Positions 11,070-23,904 of a stretch of DNA of 64,000 bases are shown here, in pieces. The translations under genes were made by a program, and so were the position numbers. The stretch's first letter is position 1. Each line of letters begins with the position of its first letter. This DNA is from Lama guanicoe. Lineage: Eukaryota. The notes beneath the pieces were generated by a model that was not told the DNA's origin, made no database searches, and saw nothing but the letters and a program-made list of their open reading frames with translations. The DNA lies in NCBI GenBank assembly GCA_013239625.1, contig MU053376.1:2468507-2532506 (forward strand), in the 5' to 3' direction.

Positions 11070-11138
11070 ATGAGATGGTTCAGTGACAGTGGGCCTGGGT
11101 CAGAGTTGCTCGCTTCCCCCCTCTCTCCTCACCCCTTC
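11070..11138 (-). other. Non-functional homologue of the 69-nt human FCAMR N-terminal extension exon
   Basis: Reads GAA GGG GTG AGG AGA (EGVRR, human EVVRR) through to CCA TCT CAT (PSH, human QSH). Same 69-nt span, but with an in-frame TGA and TT in place of a GT donor. Confidence 0.5.
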
Positions 11139-11504
11139 CCTTTTGCAAAAGGAGAACTGTTTCCTTCAAGGGGAGCTTTCTGTCTCACTGGCAGTGTGCC
11201 TCCGGCCACTGACAGGAGTTAAAAATTAACTCTCAGGCCAGCAGTTGCCCACCCGAGGGTCCTATTCTGATTCTTCTCCACAGCTTCTAGGAAGCCCTCT
11301 CTGGCCCCCAGGCCACGCTGCTCCGGTCTCTCCCACAGGCCTGGGCAGCTCCTAGAGGATAGGGCTTTGAGCCTCCAGGCTCTGAAAAGAATCCAGCTCT
11401 GTGCAGGTGCCCAACGTGCTGCTATTGTGAATGAGAACCGCCCACTATTTTGACAGATACCTTAGTGACCACCACTTAGAGGCCTTTTGTGGCTTGCTGA
11501 TTAA

Positions 11505-11625
11505 TAACCTTTAATAAAAAAGAATAAGAAAACGAATATATGTACATATAAGCATGACTGGGACATTATACTGTACACCAGAAATCGACACGTTGTAACT
11601 GACTATACTTCAATTAAAAAATTTT
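11505..11625 (+). mobile_element. Short L1 3' end
   Basis: gcatgactgggacattatactgtacaccagaaatcgacac...gactatacttcaattaaaaa. Confidence 0.8.
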
Positions 11626-13189
11626 TAAAAGATTAAGAAGAAAAGACAGGAATTGTACACTACACTTCTTTTATAGTCTCCAGGTGGATTTCATGGAGGC
11701 TTTTTGAGTGATTAAAAATCTGTTCCTTGAATCTATCTACAGTCCATGGTTCTGGGGACCTATAGATTTTTTTCTAAAGAAAGCAAACTTAAGTTAGCTG
11801 GGGGTTTTTCCTTCCTACACTAACACATATCTCACAGAGGTTAAGAACAGGCTCTGATGGTCAGTGGTCAGATTTGGAAAAGCCCAGGGCTCCTCCGCCT
11901 CCGGTGCCCTCTTATTTTTAGCATCTCCCCTGCCTTGGGATTGTCATGGCAGCCTGAGGCCTTCCCTGCCTTCCAGAGCTGCTGGCTTCCTGCCCTCACC
12001 TGGAGAGCCTGGAGGTTCTCTGGGGTGTGCCTGCCCCTTATCTGTTGTTTGATTAATGTTCACCAAGTCCGGGCTAATTCTGAGGCTGCTGCCCGCGTTC
12101 CCTGAGGGTAAGCTTTTCTAAAGCGCGAAGTACTGATGTAGCGCATGCTGGGGCCAAAGTCCCTCGGCCACACCACCCAGTTCCTCTGAAGTCTGCACAA
12201 GTGAGTGCTGCTATCTCGGCTTCAGGAGCAAAAACCGCCTCTGAGGGGCAATGAGGAAGCACAGGGTGTGAGATAAAATGCCTCCAAGGAGTTATCAGCC
12301 TTGATTGGAGGTGGCAAGTATAACAGTCAACGGAAAGTCTCCAAGTCACCCACCTGTCAATGACCTTCAGAAAAACCTCTCTCCAGAAGACCGGGAGCCC
12401 CATCTTAGTAGCTTGGGGCCACGGGTCTCTGTTACCATGCAAAGCATTTAAGAGTACGAGGCCACATTGGGCAACTCTCTTGTCCCTCAGTCCTGCCTGG
12501 GAGGGATCGACCCCATCCATCTCCAGCCAAGACTGGTGTACGACTCCCCAGATCCCTAGTGCCCACCCCCAGCCCTGAGCCCCACTTCTCTTCTCTTATC
12601 CCCCACCCCTGGGGTGGCACACAAGAAGGGAAGGAGCCAGTGTGCTGCAGAGGGAGAAGCACAGAACCAGGATTCAGGAGGTTCCGTGTTGCCCATGACC
12701 TTGGGCAATGCATCTTTCCTCTCCACTGCAACACAAGAGCCATGCTTCCTTCTCCTTCTAATGCGGCTCTAAAGCATTCAGGGGCCTGTTAAAGAGTCAT
12801 GCACTCTGGTGGGAGAGAGTAGGGAGGGAGGAGGAACCTTGAGGCTTGGGCCGCAGACCGGGGTTAGCACTGGAAGAAGGATGTATGGGGCGTAGCCCCT
12901 GCCACTCACGGCTCCACAAGTCCCATCAAGTCACTTCATGCTGGACCTTGGTTTTTACTTCTTAGAAGAAGGACCCCTGTCCTGGTCTCTTGTTCTTACT
13001 GTCACTTATTCCTACAGAACTTTTCCAGAGGTAGTGACAGTAGCTCTGAGGAAAACACACTGACCCACATCCTTCGACCTCTCATTGCCCCTGCAGCCCA
13101 GGGTCCCAGCTTTTCAGGATGCCCCAGCTCAGCTGGCCCACTCGGGGTAAGTGATGTAACAACGTGGGCAGGAGAGAAAATTCAGGAGA

Positions 13190-13199
13190 GGAATTCCCC
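13190..13199 (-). promoter_or_regulatory. NF-kB consensus (GGGGAATTCC) upstream of FCAMR
   Basis: ggaattcccc on + strand, 2.6 kb 5' of the leader exon. Motif match only. Confidence 0.35.
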
Positions 13200-13574
13200 T
13201 GCTGTCTGGCTGGCAGCTGCTGCCTCCAAGCTGATCTGGCCCCTTCAACCCCCAGGGAGAGGCAGTTTGAGTCCCCAGCTCCAGTTCAGCCGCACGCCTG
13301 GTGGTTAACAACTCATGCCCTGGACAAAGCACATGACAGTAAATGAGATGATCTCCATGGAGAGGGAACACTGACAAGTGTGGCTTATCCAGAAGGATGA
13401 CACACTTCAAAAATACCCCAATATTTCCCTTGGGAAAATATTTCATGAATTGGTTTTTTTAATCCCTGTAGAAGATGTGATCTGCCTGCCTTTGTTGGTT
13501 TTAGTTATTTTACTTTTTATTTGTTAATATTTAAAAAAAATTAAAGGATATCTTTGCAGTTCTTTACATTTTGG

Positions 13575-13697
13575 TGGGGGGAGGAGAGGTAGTTAGGATT
13601 ACTTTAATTTATTTACTTTTAATGGAAATACTGGGGATTGAACCCAGGACCTCGTGCATGCTAAGCATGTGCTCTACCACTGAGCTATACTCTCCTC
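13575..13697 (-). mobile_element. vic-1-type SINE
   Basis: Same tRNA-Ala head and tail as the 1803-1958 copy. Confidence 0.85.
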
Positions 13698-15549
13698 CTT
13701 GTTTCAAACTGACATTAAAATGGCTGGTGGAACCCAAGCACTCAACAACGAAGGGGCTGTAGGGGATAAGTGCTGCAGACTATGGTTAAAGACTCTCACC
13801 AGGACCCCTGATAGACTATGTAGCACCCGTGGGCCAATTAGAAAGGGAATTTCTTCCTCAAGAAACAGAAATTCAGCTGGTGTATTGTCCCACTTTGTAT
13901 AACCACAGAGGCAGCATGTTTGACCTATGCATTTCCCCTTCCAGGCCTGAAGACAGGGCAGGGGTAAGAACTGAGCCACTGAAAGCAATAGGAGAGGAGA
14001 AGAAACAACTCTATTGGATGCCTAGAGTGTGGCTGGGACAAGATAGTCTTGTGCATGCCTGTGTGTCAGTGACTGTGCACAGCCGTCCCAGGACTTGGTC
14101 ACAAGTGCCAGCCCTGGAGCTCCAGGTCTTCACAAACTCCTAGAGCCTCCAGTGTAAGTTAGAACCCATCTACTGTGCAAATGGCATTCCCCCTAGTTGT
14201 GGCATGCTTGAGCAGTGCACAACCTGAAGAACTGTTCATGGTGGCCCTGCCTGCAGAGGCTTATCCCCAGAACTGAATGATTCTCATGCAGGTGGTAGAG
14301 AGGGTTAATGCCTGGCTAAATTCTCCCCTCCCCGCTCCTCAGAGAGCAGTGTAGCCTCGTGGTTGATCACACAGATGTTGGAGTCAAGACTCCCGCCAAA
14401 TGAATATCCCGGTCCTACTTTTTGTTGGGAAAGTGATATGAGTCAGATTACTTATCTTCTTTAAACCTCATTTTCGTAATCTGTAAAACAGGAGGATAAT
14501 AGCACTTGCTTCATAAAGTTATTATGCGAATCAACTCAAAGTGCCTAACGTGCAATAAATTCCCAGTAAATATTAACTGATTATATTAACAGCTTAGCTT
14601 ACTGCAACAGGGAGCAGGTGTCTTACAACGACCAAACCTTCCCCAAGAAGTCCTTTTTGAAGGTTTTCATCTGTTCAGAGGCCTGCCACTTTGTTATTCT
14701 TTTGGCATTTGATCATTTTGGTATTGGAAAGATTAAAGAGAAATCAATTTGTATAAGGACATGTCTGGATGGATCTTGGATTTAACAACAAACATTTGTT
14801 AAAGTTTCATTATTTTATAAGCTATACAGGCATTTTACGTTCTAAAGGGTATCTTTTTCTATTCTGTCTACTTTTGAACATTTTGAAGACTCTTTGATTG
14901 TAAAAATATAAATTATAGTAAAGTCTGATTAGTTGTGAAGCATGGGCCAGTTTTCAGAGCACTGATCCGGAGCCAAGGTGGTTCCCTCTCCGAAGCTTTA
15001 TGGGGGAGAAAACGGAGTGCTGGCTACTTCTCTTGGGAGCATAATTGAATTCTCTTGCTCAATACAAAGCCACAAGTGGCTTCTTCCCATAGGTTCATGA
15101 TACTATGACCTTCTAATTATAGGACCCAGACTCTGGAAAAAGGCTACATAATCCTTACGCCACATGTCAGATTTGGGAAGAGCTTTACCCATTCCCTGAC
15201 CCCTCACCTCCAACCCTCAATCCCAGTTTTAGCAAAGGGTTTTATTTGGCAAATAAACACACAAGAGTGAAAAATCCGCAGATAGAATGCTAAGCAATGC
15301 AAGAGGAGAACCATTTGTGCTGTAAAACCATCTGTATTGATCTCTTTCCTCTCTAACACATGTATTCTAATGCATAATGAAGAGCGATGTATAAGGATGC
15401 CTTATGTGTCGCTATGAGGTGGTCAACGCTGATCTTCCTCATTATATATCATTGCAAAGTTTTCTGCTTACTCTACCCACACACGTGAGCTTTTTTCTAA
15501 CCTTGTGTTTTGTGGGAGAGATACCCCCTCCCCCTCCTCCCCTCCCCTA

Positions 15550-18500
15550 GTTCTGGTTAGAACACTGAATGCTGCTGCTGCAAAAAAAACAAAACAAAAC
15601 ATTGTTTAAAAACACTTGGATTACTACAAGTGCTTTATCACTTCCTGAGAAACTCATAAAGGAAGGTGAACTATGAGACTTGCCACTCCTCCAAATGATA
15701 ACAGAATAAAAGTATTTGTACAGCACAAATAATGATTTTACAATGGCAGTAGCAGGCATCTACAATCTCAACCATCACTTGGCTGATAGCAGGAATTACC
15801 ATCCAGCAATATTCACACCCTCCAAACAGAAGACACTCTATAGGCAGCCAGGAGAGTGCAGAAACGGTGTAAGTTCCTGTATGCGCTGCTGGTAGAAGCA
15901 CAGAGTAAAGACTCCCAGGGGACTACTCCCTAGATCACAGGAGTACACATGGTGCCTGAGACTTTAGCTGTAATCGTCTCAGGATGTCGATGCAGATGGC
16001 TGCGGGAAAACGTGACCAACAGCTCTTAGCATAAACTTTCTACAGTGACTTGAGTGTGGGGATTGAAATAAATGTATTTCTTACGGGGTGCGATTATTTG
16101 TTTATGATGCTATTTGGAATAGACATTATCCTTGATAATGAATCACTGGCCCTTGCAGGATGGAATGGGTCCCAGATGACCATGGGGAAGGCAGCTGGCC
16201 CCTGCAAGGAGTGGTGCTTCATGGGGGGCTCGGCGTTCAGCTCTGTTGCTGGCAGGTTGGAGGCTCCTTGGCAGCAGGGCTCACCTCAGCCTTGGTTAGT
16301 GGGAACCCCGCCACTTGTGGAGCCCATAGTCCATCCCTCTGTGACTACTTCCCTCTGGTGTCCATTGTGCCAGCACCATGGTGGCCAATGCCTAGAGTTG
16401 GCTGATGTCAAATGGTCAAGTCATTCTGTCTGCTTGGTAATTTGATATCTCTTTCATGGTGGGTACTCTCTGGCGGGCGTTAGTCTATGATACAAAGAGC
16501 TTCACGCTTCATCCTGCTCCTGAGTCCATCCACGGGCATCTCATCAATCTTCCAATCTTTCCATTTCCAGCTGTCTATGTGTATTCTAACATCAGGCCAT
16601 TTTTCCTTTCGCACAAAGCAGCTGGCCAGGTGCACTGCCCAAGGCTCTGTTAATTGGAAGAACTTTCTCTTGTCATTATTGTTCAAGGGCACTTCTCACA
16701 ACACATCTACTGCTCACTTTCAACTTGAACCAACTCAACCACAAAAGAAGTCTGGGTTTTGTTTCCTCTGCCACTTGGTTATAAGGTGTGCTTCTACGCG
16801 GCCCCTAGGGAGCTGAGGAAGGGGCAGCGGGGCCCAGGGGAAGTAAAGATGAGGGGCTAGGCTGCTTATTCATGCAACTGGCTTGTGACCTCAAGTCCTT
16901 ATCGTGCCTGGTCCCAGCTGCACCGCTTCTCACTTATGGCCTGCTGCTGGCCTACGCGACCTTGTGACTCGGTGAGTGTAACAGCTCTCATTTCCAGGTG
17001 CACACTCTCTGGTGCCTGTGTTCAGGTGTTATGTCTCTCCCAGGGCTCAGTATCACACCAACAGACATGCACCATTCTCCCTTGCAGATGGCATGGCCTT
17101 GCAAGAGATGCACTGGGGACTATGTGACAAGGTTGTGATTCCCCCACTGGCGCTTGCCATAAACTCCACATGGCATCTTTTCCCAGCCTTTACCACTAAG
17201 CGGCAGGACCGCTTCCATCTCAGCCTGGACCTGCTGCAGAACCCTCTCCTGATCTGGGCCCCGCTCTAAGATAGAAGCATTTCATGCCACGTGGTGTATG
17301 GGCTAAAGCAGCACTTCCGGTGTCAGCATTTTGCTGACATGTTTGCTGCTTCCTTCATTGTGGGTGGAGGTGCAGGATGGACCTTGTCTTCCACTTGGGA
17401 TGAGGACTCCTGGCAGGCCTCTGGTCGCTGGACCCCTAAACATCTTGCCGATGTGGCAGTCCCCTGGAATCTCCCTAGTGTTTCCGTCCTATTCTCTGAG
17501 GCGTGAGCACCTTACGAGGCCTCCAGCGTGGTGGCCACTTCTTGCTCACATGGCCCGATTAGCATAATATTGTCAATAAATAATAGATGGATGTGACATT
17601 CTTCAGGATGTCCAGATGGTCCAGATCCCTTCGTGCTATATTATGACAGAGGGCACAGGAGTTAACATGGCCTTGGGACAGCATTGTAAATGTATGTTGT
17701 TATTCACCTTCTAAATGCAAATGGTCTCTAATTCTCTCCTCCGGAGGGAATAGCAAATAATGCTCCCCTAAATCAAGGCTTCCTACCACGGGCCCGAGGC
17801 CACGTCAAATCTGCTGGAGTAGATAAACAGATACAGTGGCTGAAATTGGGGCTAGCCGTTGGTTGAGTTTGCATTAGTTTGTTGTCATCCTCCAGGACCT
17901 CTGCAGGGGTCAAAAATTGAATTAACAGAGATATTTTGGGAACTGAGAGTCTGCATCCTTAAGATCCTTAAAAGCGGTACCAATAGCAACAGTTCCTCCC
18001 TGTCATGCCTCATGGTTTTGTATTTATTTTCTTGGCTGAGGACGGGGCAGATTCTCAGGCTTCCTCTTGGTCTTCCCGCTCTGACGGCGCATATCCCACA
18101 AGCCTAAGACCCAGTGATCCAACTACCAGCATGTCAACCCCAGTTACACGTGCTGGGGCTGAGGGGCTGACCCCGGCTACATCTGCAGGCCTGGTGGGCA
18201 CAGTGGAAGCCAAACCTTGGCCGGGACTTTAGTTATTACCTGGCCCCCCATGTGCCCCATTATTGAGAACAGGGGGGCACGAGGGCTCTTTGGTTCTCTG
18301 GGAATCGTGTCAGCTTGGATCCCGTGTCCAACAGTCCTCAGTACACTTGGGGGCCCTCTTTCCCCAATGCAGAGGTGCCCGATTAAATGAGTGTGCGTCC
18401 CTTGGAGAAGGACTTATGGAATCATGACTGTGTGTGTTTGCTGTGGTGCTGCGGGGTTGCTTTTCCTCTGGGGGACCTGGCTGAGTCTGAGTCTGACACT

Positions 18501-19750
18501 TTATGGGGGTTATTGCCCTTAGACTCCTTGTCATCCCTCCTTGACTTCTCTTAACCGCACAAGCTGGGAAACACCCTCGTTGGCTGAGTATTTCGCCTTT
18601 AGGGATACCATGTTTTTTAACTCATCTCCATAACTCTCTGGGGTCAGGCCCCTTTGGCTGCCATGCCAACCCTGTTGCTCATCATAATAACTGTATCCAC
18701 TTGGCTTCTTTGGTCCTGGCATCTCATCACTGTTGGTATCCCACCATAGCCTGGCTTATAGAGGAGAGCCCTGGTCAACCTTTTTGGTGATCATGGTGTC
18801 TTCTCAATAGCTCATTTCTTTTAGCTTTTGTGCATGGTGTATTCCCTGGGCCTTCCCATGGGACAGAATCTTCTGGTAGGTCTTCCAGCCTTGCGGTATA
18901 TCCACTCCAGCATGCTCCCTTCCTGAGCCTTTTCACTTCTTCCTCTACTGCCTGCCGGGGCAGCACTGCCATTTCAGCTGCGTCTAGCGCGGGTCATCAG
19001 TTTTTGCATATTTCTAGGAGCCATCTGAATGGAGGTCATACATCCCGAAGTCCGTGTCAGGGTGTTAAATCTTGTATCCCTGGGGAGTGCACCCCAAACC
19101 ATAAACTCTTCCCTACCCCATCTAGTGTTTCAGCCCCCTTTGTCCAGCACCTTCCGAATCCAGTTCCACACAAAACTCCCGTCTTCTGCTGATTCATGCA
19201 GGCTAGGACTTGCAGCTCATCCTGGATCTGTTCCCTTTCTTCCGTTATCAGGCCCAGCACATCCCAGCTGGGACTTCTCTCTAGTTACAAGCCTAGTTAC
19301 TAGGAGGGTAGACGGTGGGGAGGGGTCTCTAGTGTCTTCAAGCAACGTGGGGGTAGTGGAGTTTGGGATGGGAGAGAAAGTGGTGCTTGTTCTTAATCGG
19401 GAGAGACGAGCCAATTCTGCAGAAAAAGCTGGGTCTGAAAAATTTGGAGAGGTCATGCACCAGATGTCCCACCCCAAGTCCCAGGGTCACACTGCACGCC
19501 ACCCACTCCCCCAAGGTATCTCCATTCTTTTTGGTGTTAAGCCTGGGTACGTGTATGAAATAGAAAAGGCAAGTTCAACTTTCCTTTATTGAGAGGATGT
19601 TATGTTACTTGCCCAACTTTCCTGAAATCTCACAGGAGCTGATACTAGGAGGCTCTCACGGGCCATTTCCCCACCGAATACTGAAACAAGCAGACGGATG
19701 CAGTTAGTCTCCAGACTTGCAGCAATGAGAAAAATGTTACAATGATGGGG
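15550..19750 (-). mobile_element. Decayed ERVL-class (class III) endogenous retrovirus internal region, gag-pro-pol
   Basis: Broken reading frames in the correct order on the minus strand: gag (AVEEEVKRLR...WEGPGNTPCTKAKRNEL, ~18.8-18.95 kb), protease (GLLDTGSKLT, ~18.3 kb), RNase H (FVRKEKWPDVRIHIDSW...WKDWKID, ~16.55 kb), integrase N-terminus (LAQW...PLTKAEV...CQQQ, ~16.3 kb). Many stops and frameshifts. Confidence 0.88.
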
Positions 19751-20464
19751 AATCTGATTCCCCTTTAAGTTCTAAGTAAAGCTTGTTTGTTCACACTATC
19801 ATCTTTTAAGCTCTACAGTGAAAAAATTACTTAATTGAAGGCAAAATATCTTCAGAGATCATTACCCCTAATTCTTCCTTCATTCACCCATTTTTTGGTT
19901 TTTGTTTTGTTTTTTTTATGGTTCTACACAAAGATGCCTAAGGGAATGCTGAAGCCTCACTTTGCATTTCAAAACCTGATGCATAAGATTCTCGATATTC
20001 CAAGGGTTATCTCCTTCCTGACTGTTCTAGTTATGAAGCTGAGGTTTATCTTGAAGGAGAAAAGGGGCTGGAATCCTACATCCCCACATTCATCATGGGA
20101 GCTCTGCTCTCTAAAATCAAGACTGGGCTGGATCCTCCCTTCCTCCCTGATCATTCTTTGTTGAGAACCCAAAAGACCGTATGGAACGATGCTGGGTGCC
20201 TTAGGGAGAGGGCAGTAAGGCATAAATATAAAGTATGGTCCTCAAGAAAAGTACTACCTAATTGTGGAAAGAACATGAAAACTCAAATATCAATACAAAC
20301 TTATATATTCCCAAAAATAAGACCTCAAAAGAGTGAGAGAATTCAATGAGCCAAAGAAGTTAGGAAAGGAACCATAGAATCATAAATTATCATAGAATCA
20401 TAAAGCGTAAGGGATCTTAGAAGTGACCAAATCTCTTCTCGAGGCACGATACCTTCAAAGACGT

Positions 20465-20822
20465 TTTTAATTAGTCGTATCTTTATTGTATAGTTATTTA
20501 CAATGTCATGTTAGTTTCTGGTGCACAGCATAGTGATTCCATCATACAAATAAATACATATTATTTTTCATGTTCTTTTTCATTATAGGTTGTTACAAGA
20601 TATTGAATATAGTTTCCTGTGCTACACAGTAGGACCTTGTTGTTTATCTGTTTTATATATAGTAGTTTATTTATGCTAATTCCCAGCCCCTAATTTACCC
20701 CTCCCTCACTCTTTCCCTTTTAGTAACCATAAGGTTGTTTTCTATGTCTGTGAGTCTGTTTCTGTTTTGTAAATACCTTTGTCTCATTTTTTCAAGGTTC
20801 CACATAGAAGTGATATCGTGTA
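20465..20822 (-). mobile_element. L1 3'UTR fragment inserted in an older CR1/L3-like fragment (about 20370-21120)
   Basis: ttacaagatattgaatatagtttcctgtgctacacagtaggacc...aaccataaggttgttttctatgtctgtgagtc. Flanks atcatagaatc and tccagtgacagggaactcac are CR1/L3-like. Confidence 0.75.
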
Positions 20823-21684
20823 ATAAAGACTTCTTTTAGAAGGAGACATTCCACCTCAGTTTGATTACCTCCAGTGACAGGGAACTCACATAAAGCCATC
20901 CTATTTTCAAACACCTCTAAGGTTCAGGAAATCGTAATCGAGAAAAAAAATCTACCTGCTTTTCATTCCTACCTGTTGGTAATGCTTCCACCTTCTGGAA
21001 AGAGAACTATCAGATTAAATCTACTCCCTTCTCCCTCAGCAGTGTTTGAACTAGTCCACTAGAGTTTTCTGTTTGCTTACCTGAACAATCCTCATTCCTT
21101 TGCACTAAAATCATAGAATATTATTGATGCAAATATGCATCCTTTACTGAATGTCTGTTTTCTGCCACTTCCTGTGCCTGCCACGATGTCATTTAAGCTT
21201 TGCAACAACCCCTAAGCCAGCATGACTCTCCTTGCTACAGAGATAAGAATTTTTCGACTCAGGGACGTTCAACACTCCTCACCCCCCACCATCAAAACTG
21301 CTCACTTCCAGATGAACTTGCCAGTATGTCTTGAAAGCAGTTGGAAATTGAACCTGTGAGTAATGGTTTTTTGAGCAGGGTAGAGGAGTGGACAAAGTGT
21401 ATTAGAGAGCAAACTTTTGAGAAAACCTGTTAGGAAATTCTGATGGTAACCAAAGGCGATGAGATTGGGTTGGTAGTGGTGGGTAGCATCGAGTCAGGCT
21501 GGTACCCAGTGGGGTGGGGGAGGTGAGCAGAGGGAGGGGAGGAGAGGGGGGTTAATCTGATGAGTCCTCAAGTACTTATCAGGAATAAATCCGAATATAT
21601 GCATGGATATGCATGACTGCTGTGCACCAGAAATTGACACACTGTAATTGACTGTACTTCAAAAAAATTAAAAAATATACACGA

Positions 21685-21797
21685 GGGTGGAGGGTATAGC
21701 TCAGTGGTAGAGCGCATGCTTAGCATGTATGAGGTCCTGGGTTTAGTTCCCGGTACCTCTGTTAAAAACCACAACCACCACCACAACAAAGAAAAAA
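21685..21797 (+). mobile_element. vic-1-type SINE directly after a short L1 3' end (about 21570-21680)
   Basis: gagggtatagctcagtggtagagcgcatgcttagcatg head, preceded by the L1 tail gcatgactgctgtgcaccagaaattgacac...cttcaaaaaa. Confidence 0.8.
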
Positions 21798-22152
21798 CAG
21801 ATAGCCTGGTAAGACACTACACTGGGGCTAGAAATGCACAGTGAATAAAACAGGTACGTCCCTCCCTACATGGAGCTGAGGGTCTGGGGAGGAGGGGGCA
21901 TGACCCCATCAGCGTAGAAGCAAGTACAAACACTAGTGACTATCAAGGAGGGAAAGAACAGGGCTGTAAGAAAGTCGTCAAGGACAGGTCTGGAGAGGCG
22001 CGGTGCTGGCAACACTCAGGGTGGCTCGCCGTTTGGATGGGTGAGAAGCTCAACATCTCATTCAAAGTGGTAAGTTCAGCCCCCTGCCCAGCCCCTGCCA
22101 GCTGCTGCCTGGGCTGAGAATCAGAACTGGAGATTTGGATGGTGCCTGTCGA

Positions 22153-22171
22153 GCAGCGCCCTCTAGTGTCG
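22153..22171 (-). promoter_or_regulatory. Candidate CTCF site
   Basis: Reverse complement GACACTAGAGGGCGCTGC matches the CTCF core CCACYAGRKGGCRS. Confidence 0.65.
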
Positions 22172-23904
22172 AGGCAGGGAAGGTAAGCGCCTGAAACAGG
22201 GAGCTGGGGAAGGAAGAAAGAGTTTTAAGTAGGGCCTTGTTTTGGAGCTGGGTGGCCCAGTCCTTTCCTTAGGTCAAGGAGCAGCCCCCAGGGACCTGTG
22301 CTGACAGGTTAAGGTTTCAGCTAAGCACCATGTAGTACCCCAGAGCACATACCTGCATCCCAGCCAGTGAAACAGATAATGAGCCTGGAACCCTTCCACT
22401 GCTCTGCATGTTTATTCATTTACTCTTCACAAAAGCTTTATGAGCAAAGCCCTATTTTACAGGTGTGGAAACTGAGGCATAGTTGTTAAACTGAGGCATT
22501 TGTCCAAGGTCACATGGCTTGTAGATGGCACAGAACAGAACCATGGTCAGTGTCACCCTTCTGGTGGCCCTGGCAAAGTGCTTGGTCCCAGCACAGGTTC
22601 AGGTTGCTTCAGATGTGCTTGGCTGAGCTTCTCTTTGCAGTGTTTTTGCCTGGGGGCTGATAAAGAAACCCAAAGGGAGGCGATCAGTGAGGATGCTTAT
22701 TGCACGGTGGATGCAACAGGCAAATCCTAAAATCTAAGCGGTTTAACACGGTGAGCCTTACTCCTCAATCAAACAACACCCCATGTGGGTTGGCAGGGGC
22801 TCTCCCCCAGGGAGGGCCACCTCTTGGGAACCAAGCCCCCTCCATCCTGTGCCACTGCCCTCTCAACACTTGGCCTCACTGGTCACATGGCCCCAGCCTA
22901 ACCACAAAGGAGGATGGGGAAAGCGTAGGCACGTGGATCGTGGGAGAGTGTTGTCCCTGCCATAAAGTGGGACTGGCCCCAGGCCCAGCAGCAAGGCAAG
23001 GGAACAGTGAGTGAGCACGAAGGGAGGAGGATGACAGTCCCCCTGATTCTGGGAGAAAGCAGCCAGTCCTTGACCCGGACCAGCCTGTCCTCAGCTCTCA
23101 CTCTCTGCCCCGTCCCAGGAGTTAGGGTCTTTCTTCTGTGTCATGTCCGATCGGCAGCAGAGAGAGAGGAGGAAGTCTCAGGAGGGAGTCATCCCACAGA
23201 CCAGTGAGACTAGCTTTCAATTTGAGGATGGGGAGGAAAAAATAATGTTTATCATTTGGATGTATGGGGAGACAGTGACCAGGCAGAGACTTGTGCGTCC
23301 GGAAGGTCAGCCTGGAAACCTGATCCCCAGCTAATTGGTTGCTCACCCTCCTGACAGAGTGTGGCCCCCGTGATGCCTGCCTCCTGGTTGGTGTTCATGC
23401 TTTTTCTTGTACGTGAGTGCAGTATGTGTGGCACTTGAGTCTAAGCCGGTGGCACTCAGCACAGGTGGTGAGAGGTCTCTTCCACGATTCAGATGCATAA
23501 GATTGCAAGGTGACTCATTCCCCCGCTGGCTTTTCTAAAACCAGCTGCAATGTTGCAAGCTGCTCCGTGGAGGGGGCCATGTGGCAGGGAAGTGAAGGCA
23601 GCCTTTGACCGGCAGCTGGAAAGAATCGGAGGCTCTCAGTCCAGGAGGCCACAAGGACGTGAATCCTCCCAAGAACCATGTGAATTTGGAGATGGATTCT
23701 TCCCCAGCTGAGCTCTTGGATGAGAACCGGGCCTTGGCCGACATCTTGATTGCAGCCTTGCAGAGAACTCAGCTAAGCTGTGCTGGGACTCTCAGCCCAA
23801 AGAAACCATGAGATAATAAAGATGTGTTGTTTTATCTGCTGACTGTGTGGGAGCAATGTTATGCAGCAATAGATGCTAATAGGTAACAGTGTGAAGTGAA
23901 AAAG

